From NCBI RefSeq assembly GCF_004010195.1, contig NC_057752.1, positions 8,325,496 through 8,345,495 of the forward strand: a stretch of 20,000 bases of DNA. Reading direction: 5' to 3'. The DNA is from Chiloscyllium plagiosum (Eukaryota). The position numbers and the translations under genes are program-made. This document shows, piece after piece, positions 1 to 11,319 of this stretch (positions are counted from its first letter, which is position 1; every line of letters starts with the position of its first letter). Under the pieces are notes generated by a model, which was not told the origin of the DNA, did not search any database, and was given only the letters and a program-made list of their open reading frames with translations.

Positions 1-408
1 AATAATTAACAGCATACCGTAGAATTAGTGGGAAACAGTGTGATGAAAACATGCTGGTTCACAGACCCACTGTTAGAACCTGAAAAAGGACAAGACTTGA
101 ATATCCTCCTTCTCATCCCTTTGTATTCCCATCAAACAGTTGGTAGGAGGTCACATGTTGCCTTCACAGATAACAGCATTAGATAAGCAAATTCCTATGG
201 CGTCACCACTGGCTCCTGGTTCTGTAGGAGCAATGATTTACTGGAAAGCAGACCAAATGGTATCAATCAGATGAGGGAAGCTGTATACAATACTTGTTCA
301 TATTCGATCGCCACACTTTGGATGGCGGGAAGAGATCCTGCTCACAAAGCAAACTTCTGTGCAACATGGCCTGACAATCCTACGCTGGCAGGTTTGTCAG
401 CCACTCTC

Positions 409-642
409 ACACACTGCAAACTCCCATGAGTAGCAATGTGTCAATGGCCAGATAATTTGTTTCAGTGATATTTGTTGAGGGATAAATCTGCTCTTTTTCA
501 GCTATTACTCTGGGTCATTTACACAAACCTAACAGGGCAGGAGAGACCACCTTATCTGAAAGATGGTATCTCCAATGTGTGCCTTCCTGGTGTGAAACTT
601 GAACCCACGACATTCTGAATCTGAGGTGAGAGATGCTTTCAC
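409..642 (-). mobile_element. DeuSINE-superfamily tRNA-derived SINE (SacSINE1/AmnSINE1-like), degenerate, 3' tail missing
   Basis: Minus strand reads AGCATCTCTCACCTCAGATTCAGAATGTCGTGGGTTCAAGT (tRNA-like head, B-box at 597-606), then GGAGATACCATCTTTCAGATAAGG and GAAAAAGAGCAG-ATTTATCCCTCAACAAATATCACTGAAACAAATTATCTGGCCATTGACACATTGCT. I recognise these as the Deu core domain from memory of the consensus. Confidence 0.75.
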
Positions 643-923
643 CTTCCAGACCCTTTTACATAAATTCAGGCTGTCACCATTTTCCTGTGCAAAGGAAGCA
701 TCAGCTGAACAAGATGATCAGGTTGTTTTGGGTGCAAAGATTCTACTCAATACTCAAGTGGGCATCAGGGATCTTCAAGCCAACCCCACAGCTTTCTTGA
801 GAAAGAAGGATTTGCATAATGTTCACCTGATATCTGAACACAGATGCATCATTTGGAACAGCAATGACTGTTATCTTGGAAGCAGCCATGACATCTTTAC
901 TGTGTGGCACCTGATGGTGCCTG

Positions 924-1630
924 CAACAACTTATTTATGGCACCTTTCCTGTAATAAAACATTGCAAGATCCTTCAGGAATGCTATAAAACAAAATTTGA
1001 TACTGAGCCACTTCGGGACAATAGGTCCAATGAACAAAAACTCAAAGAGGTAGGGTTCAATAAGTATCGTAGAGGAGGAAATTGAGATGGAGGGAGGGAG
1101 GGAGGGAATTCCAAAGCCTTGTGTTCTGGATACCTTGAAAGTGTCCTGCCTATGGAGGAGCAGTTAAAATTGGGAATGCACAAAAGACTAGAATGAGAGA
1201 AGTGTGGAGATCTCAGAGGGTTGGAGGAGCTTTGGGGAGATTATTGAAACAGAGAGGGGAAAGGCCATGGAAGGATTTGTAAACAAGGGTGAGAATTTTA
1301 AAATCAAGACATTGCTTGACTGGAAACCAATGGAGGTCAGTGAGCATAGGGGTGATAGAGGAACAAGAATTGCTCTTAGTTAAGATACGGGCAGCAGAGT
1401 TCAAGGCGACCTCAGGTTTATGGAGGGTAGGATATGAGAGACCAGGCAGGAGTGCTCTGGAATAATCAAGTCTAGACGGCATGGATGAGGGTGACAGCAG
1501 GCAAGCTGAGACAAGCGTGAAGTTGAGCACTGTTATGGAGGTAGAAATAAGTGGTCTTCGTGATGATGTAACGATGAGGTCAGAAGCTTAAGCCAAGATC
1601 AAATGATACAGCATTATGTGTTCCTCAGAC
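924..1630 (-). mobile_element. L2-clade LINE, 5'-truncated 3' fragment (ORF2 C-terminus plus 3' UTR)
   Basis: ORF 1213..1530(-) contains SRLDYSRALLPGL...NSAARILT...ITPMLTDLHWFPVKQCLDFKILTLVYKSFHGLSP, the characteristic L2 ORF2 C-terminal motif (SRLDYCN...NAAARL...ITPVL..LHWLPV..RI.FKIL.L..KALHGLAP). The minus strand ends GAAAGGTGCCATAAATAAGTTGTTG, an L2-type tail. Confidence 0.85.
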
Positions 1631-2715
1631 AAGTGTGTCACAAGTTTTTTTGGGAAAGCTTTACCAATGCTCGTAGTCTATTCAAAATAAGGGTAAGCCT
1701 TTCACAATGTTTGGTGTGAACTGCCTGCACCCTCCCCAAGTCTCAAGTGTGTACATCCCCAGTTTGGCACAACTGTAAAATAAGGGTTAATATTCTTGGT
1801 CCTGGCATTACTGAGCCACAGAAATCACTCATTCCGCAAGCTTCTCAGTTTGAGATGGCTGAGTGAATCATGAATATGATGAGAGCTCTTGAACAAGTAA
1901 AATTATACTAAAATGCAGATTTAAAGATAAATATTGAATTGATGTACTGTGTTTTCAACAAAAAGCAAGCAACAAGCAGACATCACCTCTTTTGAAGTAC
2001 ACAAATACATGATCAGTGTTTGATCTACCTTGTGCTGAATCATATGGTCCTAATGAAATGTAATGAAGCCTGCAATGTTAATAGAGCTCAAAAATAAAAG
2101 CGGCATTGCAAGGATTAGATACAGTTTGAAAAGCTCTTTTTAGTTACAACAATCTAAATTAGTATATGTTGATAACCCTTGGTGTATATTATAATAAGTA
2201 CAGTCACCAGCCTAATTAGAATGCAGCATTCATGTTGTTCAGTAGGCAAGCTTAACTTTTTCTTCTTGCTTGTGTTGGGCTCTGGTTCAAAACCCCACCC
2301 AAATAAATTTGCCATTTGTGAGCTTGATCAGTCAAGGTCAGTAGACTATTTGACCAGGTAATACCTCACAGCTAAACACAATTCTGGCCCTACCCAACAA
2401 CAATGTCTGCAAGCAAGGCTTTGATTCCTGAGCCTTGTTGCAATAACTGAGTTATTAAGTTCATAAAGGCAGACTCTTTTTTTTAAAGACCATTGCTGTT
2501 GTTGAGACCATTGTTGTTTTTCTTTATTTTTCTCATTTTTGGTTTGAAATGTGTGCTGAAATTGAGAATGGGATTTCAAACTTTGAGCAGTAGCTTATTT
2601 GGGAAAGGAGGAGAGAGCAAACAAACTGATGTTTGTTTATCGGAATTGACTTGGAAAAATCATTGCGGGTTAATTTTGGTCCTAAAAACACAACAGACAT
2701 TTCAGCACTAAGATA

Positions 2716-3943
2716 TGAGAAGGTGACCAAACAGGTGGATGAGGGTAAAGCAGTTGGTGTGGTGTCTATGGGTTTCAGTAAGGCTTTTCTTAAGGTTCCC
2801 CATGGTAGGCTACTGCACAAAATACAGAGGCATGGGATTGAGAGCGATTTAGCGGTTTGGATCAGAAATTGGCTAGCTGAAAGAAGACAGAGAGTGGTGG
2901 TTAATGGAAAATGTTAATCCTGGAGTTTAGCTACTAGTGGTGTACTGCAAGGATCTGTTTTGGGTCCACTGCTATTTGTCAATTTTATAAACAACCTGGA
3001 TGAGGATGTAGAAGGATGGGTCAGTACATTTGCAGATGACACTAAGGTTGATGGAGTTGTGGATAGTGCCGAAGGATGTTGCAGGTTACAGAGGAGTATA
3101 GATAAGCTGCAGAGCTGGGCTGAGAGGTGGCAAATGGAGTTTAATGCATGTAAAAGTGTGAGGTTGTTCATTTTAGAAGGAACAACAGGAATAAAGAGTA
3201 CTGGGCTAATGGTAAGATTCTTGGTCGTGTAGATGAGCAGGGAGATCTCAGTGTCCATGTACATAGATCCCTCAAAGTTGCTACCCAGGTTGATAGGCTG
3301 TTAAGAAGGCACATGGTGTGTTAGCTTTTATTGGTAGAGGGATTGAGTTTCATAACCATGAGGTCATGCTGCAGCTGTATGAAACGCTGCTGCAGCCGCA
3401 CTTTGAGTATTGCCTACAGTTCTGGTCACCACATTTTAGGAAGAATGTGGAAGCTTTGGACAGGGTTCAGAGGTGATTTACTAGGATGTTGCCTGGTATG
3501 GAAGGAAGGTCTTACGAGGAAAGGTTGAGGGAATTGAGGCTGTTTTCGTTACAGGGAAGAGGTTGAGAGGTGACTTAATTGAGACATATAAGATAATCAG
3601 AGGGCTAGATTGGGTGGACAGTGAGAGCCTTTTTTCCGAGGATGGTGATGGCTAGTGTGAGGGGGCATAGCTTCAAATTGAGGGGTGATAGATATAGGAC
3701 AGATGTCAGAGGTAAGTTCTTTACTCAGGGAGTAGTAGGGGTGTGGAACGCACTGCCTGCAACAGTAATAGACTCGCCAACTTCAAGGGCATTTAAATGG
3801 GCATTGGATAGGCATATGGATGAGAATGGAATAGTGTAGGTTAGATGGGCTTCAGATTGGTTTCACAGGGCAGCGCAACATCAAGGGCAGAAGGGCCTGT
3901 ACTGAGCTGCAACGTTCCTTGTTCTATGTTCTATGTTCTATGT
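2716..3943 (+). mobile_element. CR1-clade LINE, 5'-truncated (RT domain to 3' tail), degenerate
   Basis: Fragmented ORFs give EKVTKQVDEGKAV...FSKAFLKVPHGRLLHKI...WIRNWLAERRQRVVVNG, GPLLFVNFINNLDE...FADDTK (RT catalytic motif), RGHSFKLRGDRYRTDVRGKFFTQGVVGVWNALP. It ends in a (GTTCTAT)n tail at 3921-3943. Confidence 0.93.
3921..3943 (+). repeat. (GTTCTAT)3 microsatellite tail of the CR1 element
   Basis: gttctatgttctatgttctatgt directly after the CR1 3' UTR. Confidence 0.85.
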
Positions 3944-4670
3944 GTTATGCTCAAGGACTGGCAGAGGGTTGGATGTGACATTGGTCAATCAAGAGGAGGC
4001 TAGTACTGGCAAGTCAATCACAGAGAATGTTGAAAAAGAAAGTGAAAACCATAGATTGAACTGGTTTTGACTGAGTTTTGGAGTGGCAGAAGACTGTGTA
4101 CTTGGAAGCTGCTAGACTGGAAGCTAGTTTTGAGTTTACTCTCTGTGATTTTATATTCAGTTAAAGAATTGTTGAATGTTCTGTGAAAAGAATGAGAGTT
4201 TATCAGAAATAAGTGACTATTTCTCAGAGCCTGCTTGAAAGCTGTCTGCCTTGAGGTGATTTCAGAATTCAAGCAAGATACTACCCCATGTACCTGTAAT
4301 ACAACACATCATTCAAAGATTCCATAAACATTGAAATAGTTATTGAACTGGCAAATAAGAATTCTCTTATTTTCTTCTAACTTATCTGTTCTAAGTTAAC
4401 TGTCTGTCTATGTGTGAGAATGGGGTTATGAATAAAGAAGATTGAGTTTAAATCACAGACATTAATTGGATGACCTTGTTGTTTAACTTTGCTCTGCTAA
4501 GGTTTAAGTATTAATAATAAATTGTTATTTTTTTGTTTAAACTATAGACTTGGTTTCCTAAATCTGTTTTTCATAAAGTCTGGTTAGGAACAACAGGCCA
4601 ATTTTAGGGAAATTGAATATTTTTAATTTCACAATGTTGTGAATCCAGTGATAGCGAGGTTGATTTAGTT
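3944..4670 (+). repeat. Possible LTR remnant (may include 2436-2715, split by the CR1)
   Basis: Non-coding, T/G-biased sequence with AATAAA at 4516 followed by TTGTTATTTTTTTGTTTAAAC, similar in layout to AATAAATTCTGTTTGTTTAAAAC at 14075 in the Gypsy LTR. No terminal TG..CA pair or TSD could be confirmed. Confidence 0.3.
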
Positions 4671-4674
4671 TGGC

Positions 4675-6960
4675 TACAGCCATTTTCCAGTCCTCTGGGA
4701 TCCCCCCTGACTCCAGTGATTCCTGAAAGATCACCACCAATGCCTCCACAATCTCCTCAGCTATCTCCTTCTGAATTCTGGGACATAGTCTGTCTGGTCC
4801 GAGTGATTCATTTACCTTCGGACCTTTCAGCTTTCCCAGCACCTTCTCCATAGTAATGGCCACTACTCACCTCTGCCCCCTTACTCCCTTGAAGTTCTGG
4901 TATGCTGCTGGTGTCTTCTACTGTAAATACTGATGCAAAATACCTATTCAGTCCCTCCACCATTTCTTTGTGCCCTATTACTACTTCTCCAGCCTAATTT
5001 TCCAGTGGTCCAATGCCCACTCTTACCTCTCTGTTACCTTTTATATATCTTTTAAAAAAGCTCCTACAATCATCTTTTATATTACTAGCTAGGTTACTGT
5101 CATATTTCATCTTCTCCCCCCCTTCCCTTTTTTAGTTATACTCTGCTGGTTTTTAAAGGCTTCCCAATCCTCTGGTTTCTCACTAATCTTCACCACATTG
5201 TATGATTTTTCTTTGGCTTTTATGCTGTCCTTGACTTCCCTTGCCAAGCATGGTTGCCTCATCCTCCCCTTAATATGTTTCTTCTTCTTTGATGAATTTC
5301 TGCTCTGCCTCCTGAATTACCCCCAGAAACTCCTGCCATTGCTGCTCCACCGTCTTCCCTGTTGGGCTCCCCTTCCAATCTCCTCTGGCCAGCTCCTCCC
5401 TCTTGCCTCTGTAATTACTGTACCTGTACTCAATTGTAATAGTGTTCCATCTGATTTCAGCTTCTCCCTTTCAAATTGCAGGGTGAATTCATCATATTAT
5501 GATCATGGCCCCATAGGGGTTCCTTCAACTTAAGCTCCCTAATCAAGTCTACCTCATTTCACATCACTAAATCCAGAATTGCCTGTTCCCTTGTGGGCTG
5601 TACCACAAACTGCTCCAAAAGACTATCTCGTAGACATTCCACAAATTCTGTTTCATGAGATCTGCTATCAACTGGATATTCCCAGTCCACCTGGAGGTTG
5701 AAGTCCCCTATGAGTATTGTAATAGTATCTTTCATATAGGCCTTTTCTATCCCCTGGTTTATTTTCTTCCCCACATCCTGATTACTGCTCGGAGGCCTGC
5801 ACACAACTCCCATCAGGGTCTTTGTTTTCCTTTGCGGTTCCTCAACTCCACCCACGCCGATTCTACGCCTTCCAACTTGACATCACTTCTGGCTATCAAT
5901 TTAATTTTGTTTCTTTCTAACAATGCAATCCCACTCCCTCTACCCATCTCCTAGTCCTTTTGATAGGATGTGTAGCCTTGGATAATTTTAATTCCCAGCC
6001 CTGATCCCCAAGCAGCCATGTCTCTGTAATATCCACAACATTGTACCTGCTAATTTCAGTCTGTGCAACAAAGTTCATTTCATTTACCCTGTTTTGTACA
6101 CTGCGTGCATTTAAGTACAACATCTCAGTCCTGTGTTGACTGCCCACCTTCTCATAGTTGTCCCCTGACCTTCTGTGCCTGAAGTTAGATTCCTGATCCT
6201 TTCCATACTCTATCCTATTACTTGTTCTGGAAACTTTAAAAACCTCTGTACTGCCCCCTTTAACATTTTCCATGCAACAGAACCCCCTACTGCACTATTT
6301 AGTTTTGCACCCTACCTACAGCCCTAGTTATGAAATTTTCCAGGACTCTGGTCCCAGCATGATTCAGGTGAAGCCCTTTCCGTTAGAACAGATTCTTCCT
6401 TTCCCTGGTACTGGTGCCAATGTCCCATGCATGTGAACTGTTTCTCCCACACTAATCTTTCAGCCATGCGCTTACCTCTTCAATCTTGTTGACCCTGTGC
6501 CAATTTTCTCGTGACTCTGGTAGTAATCTAGAGATTATTACCTTTTTCAGTTCTGATTTTTAGCTTAGCTGCTCTTTCCTCTCTCTACCTACAGAAACCA
6601 CGACAACTGGATCTTTCTTCTCCTGCTCCAAGTTCCTCTGCAGCCCAGGTGAGACATCCTGAACCCAGGGAACCAGGCAGGCAACATAGCCTTTAGGGCT
6701 CTTGATCCTGGCCACAGAGAATAATGTCTATTTCCCTGACTGTACTATCCCCGATTACAACTACATTTCTGTTTTCTATCCGCCCACTCTTCAATGGTTC
6801 CCTGTATCATGGTGCGATGGTCAATTTGCTCATCTGTCCCACAGCCTCCACTCTCATCCACACAGGGATGGACAAGCTCAAGAGCTGAGAATCCTTCAAG
6901 ACCACCTCCTGGATCCCTCTACCTGCCACGTTCCTAGTCACACATGTCATCAAAATGTGA
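4675..6960 (-). mobile_element. CR1-clade LINE, 5' half (ORF1 SGNH esterase region plus ORF2 APE endonuclease and linker), 3' part lost
   Basis: Minus-strand fragments: ORF1 VVIGDSTVREIDIILCG..LCCLPG (about 6670-6760) and VIISRLLPESRENWHRVNKIE (about 6480-6542). ORF2 LYLNARSVQNRVNE..YNVVDITETWL, GVVCRPP..LIGDFN..FVECLRDSLLEQFVVQPTREQAILDLVM (APE) and SLGPDRLCPRIQKEIAEEIVEALVVIFQESLESGGIPEDWK. Confidence 0.9.
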
Positions 6961-7156
6961 GATCTACTTGTGGAAGTGACAGGTGACCATGAATTAAAGG
7001 ATCCAGAACTCTAACTCTTCCATCCATGGGTTAGTTCTACAGTTTGAGATGATTTTTCTACATTTATAACACAATTCAAATGTTTTCTAACCTGTTGTTA
7101 CCAATTTAAATGAGTTTAATTGTCTTTAAATTGCTTTTCCCCAATAAATTGGCTGA

Positions 7157-7254
7157 GCTGGCAAATGGGACTAGATTGGGTTGGGATATGTGGTCAGCAT
7201 GGACGAGTTGGACCGAAGGGTCTGTTTGCGTGCTGTACATCTCTATGACTCTAT
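7157..7254 (+). mobile_element. Extremely 5'-truncated CR1 (HER1-type) 3' end, about 98 bp
   Basis: GCTGGCAAATGGGACTAGATT...GGTCAGCATGGACGAGTTGGACCGAAGGGTCTGTTT..GTGCTGTACATCTCTATGACTCTAT closely matches the reverse complement of 17548-17643, the 3' end of the minus-strand CR1. Confidence 0.85.
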
Positions 7255-8425
7255 CTGATTAAGGTTTCTGATTATTATCAACTAACAGTTAGCCATACAA
7301 ACAAATTTCACTGCACACCGTGGAGAAACTAATTTTGCTCTGGGTGCAACTGTGTGTGTGCCTCCTTCTTCCTAAACAGAGTGTAATTTCTCAAGCTGAA
7401 ATTTCCACCTTTGGATTTTCATTACCATTTGAAGTATTTAATCCTGATAAATTTGGAGACAGGTTACTATGTTTAGCTGAGCCAGCTGTGATCACAGTTG
7501 TTTGTGAGGAGAGATGCTTGGTATTATGCTTGTTGTTGGCCAGGGTCGATGGGCAGGAATAAAAGCATTGGGGACAAAGCAAAAGGAGCTGAAGGTCTGC
7601 ACAAATTGTTTTCACTCTGTTGGTGGCTTTCTGAAGTACCATTGAATGTCATGTTGTCATGGTGACATGGTCCTTTCATTTCAAAGCACAGGAGAAGCTC
7701 CATCCCTCACAAACTGCAGTTACCCTGGAAACTGCTGCCCACTGTTTCTTTTGTTGAGCTTTAGAGACACATCAACTGAATTTACAAGGAAGGGGGAACA
7801 CTGCTTTATGAATAGTAACCCCAAATTGGCAAATCCATCAAATAAACACAAACATCAAACATCAAATGGTGTGATTAGATTTAATATTTTACCAATTAAG
7901 GCCCCTTCTATGACATGGATATGATAATTATACATGGACTGCTTATTGGCAACCATAGGGAAAGTGAGCTGTCTTGTCACATCCCTCACTGACTAATACT
8001 TGTGTATTAACGATTTATGAGCAGTTTTAGACTTTCAAGTCAGGAATTGCTTACTTCAGGCTGTTTGTCTCCATGAATTCTAATTCAGTGAGCCACAGCT
8101 CATCACTAGATTAAATTATACCCAGAATGCACAATAGTTGGTACATATAAAAAGGGCTAAGTTAGTACCCTTTATGATATTAATTAGAGCTGCCATCTTA
8201 TACCAAGTCTAAAAATGAAACAGCAGCTGGATAGGAATGGGCAGAATGGCTTCTTAGATTAAGGTGTCAGGTTTGGTCATTGAAAATGTTACCAGTCTTA
8301 ACAAATACCCATTCCCCCAGATCATGTCACATAGAAGTAAGTGGACAGGTAAGATTTCTACACTAAAGAATAAACAGAAAACACTGAAATTACTCAGGCA
8401 GCATCTATGGAGAAAAAATGAGTAT

Positions 8426-10015
8426 GTGCGGAATTCTTCCATGTTTTGGCAGTGATTGTTTTCAATGAGATTCAATGGGCGGTCCACCATGCCCCAGGTC
8501 AAACAACTTTTTCCTCTTCAGCTCATTAATTATGCAACTGACCTCAATGGCACCTGACTCCAGAATCGTGTGGCAAGAGAGATGGAAGTGCTGGCCTTTG
8601 ATGGCACTTGGCCACAGTCTCACCACTGGTGCCATATTTACATTCCAGCTTCACAGCATTTCATGAATGACCTATTACACTGTGACACTGCACCACTGTA
8701 ACCCAACAAATGGCTCTCAATGCCCAATTTCTTCTGCATCCAGCATCTCCACCCCACTTTTGTCTGCTCCAGTTGTGAATATTAATGATGCAAACATTCT
8801 TTATGGGCTAAAACGCAAGGCCCACTGGATTTGTCTTGGCATCAAGATCTCATCTTCATGATACAGGAACCTGTGAGTTCTCCAGTGCGTTCACACCATG
8901 GCAGCTTACAGGATACCTGGTGGACAACACTGGAATTTGGTGTGGATGGTCAGAGTTAAACTGGATATTGATGGAGTGGAAGGCTTTTCCATCGATGACT
9001 GCTGCAGGATAGTGATAGAGCTGAGGTCTCAAAGCCTGCAGTCTATAGTGCCTGGCTGCTGGGGGAAGCCAGCGATATTAGACAGTGCCAGTGCCTGAGT
9101 TGTTTCACTCACCTCACTGTGGAGAAAGGATATAAACTGGTGTAATCTGGAGAAACTGCAACACCGACAGCCCAGATCCATTTTGGACCATGACCTGGGA
9201 GATGCCCCAAATGTCTCCAGTTGTTCCTTGTATCAAGCCGCTGACATAACATTTCAGGGCAGATGTAATCTTAATGGGCACTGGGATGGGATGGGATGGT
9301 TCTTCTGAGTGGACATTCTGTTCCAGCAGATGATCCAGTTCAGTGATGATGACCTGGGGTATTCTTAGTCCTCATCTTTGCTTGGTTCCTGAGAATGCAA
9401 GTGACGGTGATAATGAAGCCAGTAGATTCAAGGGTTTGGTTCACTGTCCTGTCTCCTTGGATGATCTGCACATGCTGCTTTTCCCTCTGGAGACTGTACA
9501 GCAGTTGCTGGAGGCTGTTGTTCGTGTTGGGCTCAGTCATGCTGCTACAATCGACTCCAACTTCCCATTTTCCCCAAGAATACATGAACTGTCCTGGTCA
9601 AGTCTCTGACAGTTCATACTCAAATCCCCAGGACTGACCAAAGCCCACCCTTTGGACTGACATTGGATGAACTTCTTGACTGACTTGTGGTAGCCCTTCA
9701 CTCCACTAAGGACTTGTCCCCTGTGGTATTTAGACATTGCCATTTGGTTGCAGCATATTCAGTGAGTTTGCTGTCGAAGCTGCTGGCTCATGCTGTGGGT
9801 GTGACACTGTGCTATATGTGATATATCTACCACTCCCCATCTTGACAAGCTGCCTGCCTCTTTCTCTGTGCTTCCAAAGCAATGCCAGCCACATAGGCTG
9901 AGATGTGTGTGCATGTCCCTGTGTGCCAAGTGACCTGTCAGAAGTACACAAATCATAAGCATCCATGAGTTCCAAATGAAGTCCTGAAGGGCTGAAGTGG
10001 TGTGTGAAAGCAGTC
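8426..10015 (-). mobile_element. Degenerate PIF/Harbinger DNA transposon (boundaries approximate; may run into the gap)
   Basis: Contains HARBI1-like transposase remnants (next feature). Left edge has GTGCGGAATTCTTCC at 8426, resembling GGGC-starting Harbinger TIRs. The partner TIR is not seen. Confidence 0.55.
8865..9400 (-). pseudogene. PIF/Harbinger (HARBI1-like) DDE transposase pseudogene fragment
   Basis: Manual minus-strand translation gives, in order: LRIPQVIITELDHLL...HPIPVPIKITSALKCYVSGLIQGTTGDIWGISQ (about 9195-9370, HTH region), FISF...NIAGFPQQPGTIDC (GTIDC at 9038-9052, first catalytic D), GKAFHSINIQF (8958-8990) and RYPVSCHG..ALENSQVP (8865-8918). These are collinear with HARBI1 motifs GFP.V.GAIDCTH / RKGFHSINVQ / YPGS.HD..IL..S. 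Stops and frameshifts are present. Confidence 0.85.
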
Positions 10016-10515
10016 NNNNNNNNNNNNNNNNNNNNNNNNNNNNNNNNNNNNNNNNNNNNNNNNNNNNNNNNNNNNNNNNNNNNNNNNNNNNNNNNNNNNN
10101 NNNNNNNNNNNNNNNNNNNNNNNNNNNNNNNNNNNNNNNNNNNNNNNNNNNNNNNNNNNNNNNNNNNNNNNNNNNNNNNNNNNNNNNNNNNNNNNNNNNN
10201 NNNNNNNNNNNNNNNNNNNNNNNNNNNNNNNNNNNNNNNNNNNNNNNNNNNNNNNNNNNNNNNNNNNNNNNNNNNNNNNNNNNNNNNNNNNNNNNNNNNN
10301 NNNNNNNNNNNNNNNNNNNNNNNNNNNNNNNNNNNNNNNNNNNNNNNNNNNNNNNNNNNNNNNNNNNNNNNNNNNNNNNNNNNNNNNNNNNNNNNNNNNN
10401 NNNNNNNNNNNNNNNNNNNNNNNNNNNNNNNNNNNNNNNNNNNNNNNNNNNNNNNNNNNNNNNNNNNNNNNNNNNNNNNNNNNNNNNNNNNNNNNNNNNN
10501 NNNNNNNNNNNNNNN
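10016..10515. other. Assembly gap (exactly 500 N)
   Basis: Run of 500 N. The round size suggests a fixed scaffolding placeholder. Confidence 0.99.
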
Positions 10516-11319
10516 GAACTACCACTTGGAAGTCATTTAGGAGTGAGGAAAAACTCAAGCTAAAAGCATTTTTACTGGCCTGGACTGCACACGGATGTAG
10601 TTGAATTTTGCCAGACGTATCATACATGTCAGGTAATTGGAAAACCACAGGCAGTAGTAAAACCCCCACCTTTAATACCTATTCCTGCATTTGAGGAACC
10701 TTTTACAAGCATCTTAATTAATTGCGTAGGTCCCCCACCTCAAACAAAAACTGGGAATCAGTATTTGTTAACAATAATGGATGTATCAACGAGATTTCCA
10801 GAGGCCATTCCATTACACATTATTACAGCAAAAAGGAATTACATAAATTATTTACTAGATACGGACTATCAATAGAGATACAGTTAGATCAATGGTCAAA
10901 CTTTACACCCAAACTATTCAAGGAAGTTATGGATGACTTCGGCATAACACAATTCAAATCTACTGCTTACCATCCAGAATCACAGGGAGCACTAGAAAGA
11001 CAGCATCAAACACTAAAGACCATGTTGAGGGCTGATAGTCAGACTATCCAGATGATTGGGATAAGGGAATCCCGGTTGTACTTTTTGCGATCAGAGATGC
11101 ACCAAATGAATCGACCAAATTCAGTCCATTTGAATTAAATCGTGGGCATGAAGTGAGAGGACCATTAAAATTGATTAAGGAGAAGTTAGTCAGTCAGAAT
11201 TCAGAGACTACACATTCAGACTATGTGTCAAATTTTACAGAATAATTCAATAGAGCTGGGGAGTTGGCTAGACAGTGCTTAGAAGTATCACAGCATGCAA
11301 TGAAACAGAAAGTGGACAA

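Noticed and set aside
170..259. Possible small exon after TTCACAG (ITALDKQIPMASPLAPGSVGAMIYWKADQM)
   Set aside because: Weak donor (GTATCA), poor polypyrimidine tract and no recognisable protein similarity.
590..642. tRNA gene (also the A-box at 18726)
   Set aside because: Only promoter-box remnants with no cloverleaf; better explained as SINE heads.
599..988. 129-aa ORF
   Set aside because: Non-ATG start inside the antisense SINE, ends inside the antisense L2 tail, and has no recognisable domain.
2071..2110. TGCAATG...CATTGCA inverted repeat
   Set aside because: Only 7 bp, expected by chance, with no other support.
8790..8864. Start of a Harbinger Myb/SANT partner gene on the plus strand
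   Set aside because: The position would fit, but no convincing Myb/SANT residues could be read.
9953..10669. Long ORFs spanning the gap
   Set aside because: Artefacts of translating N runs.
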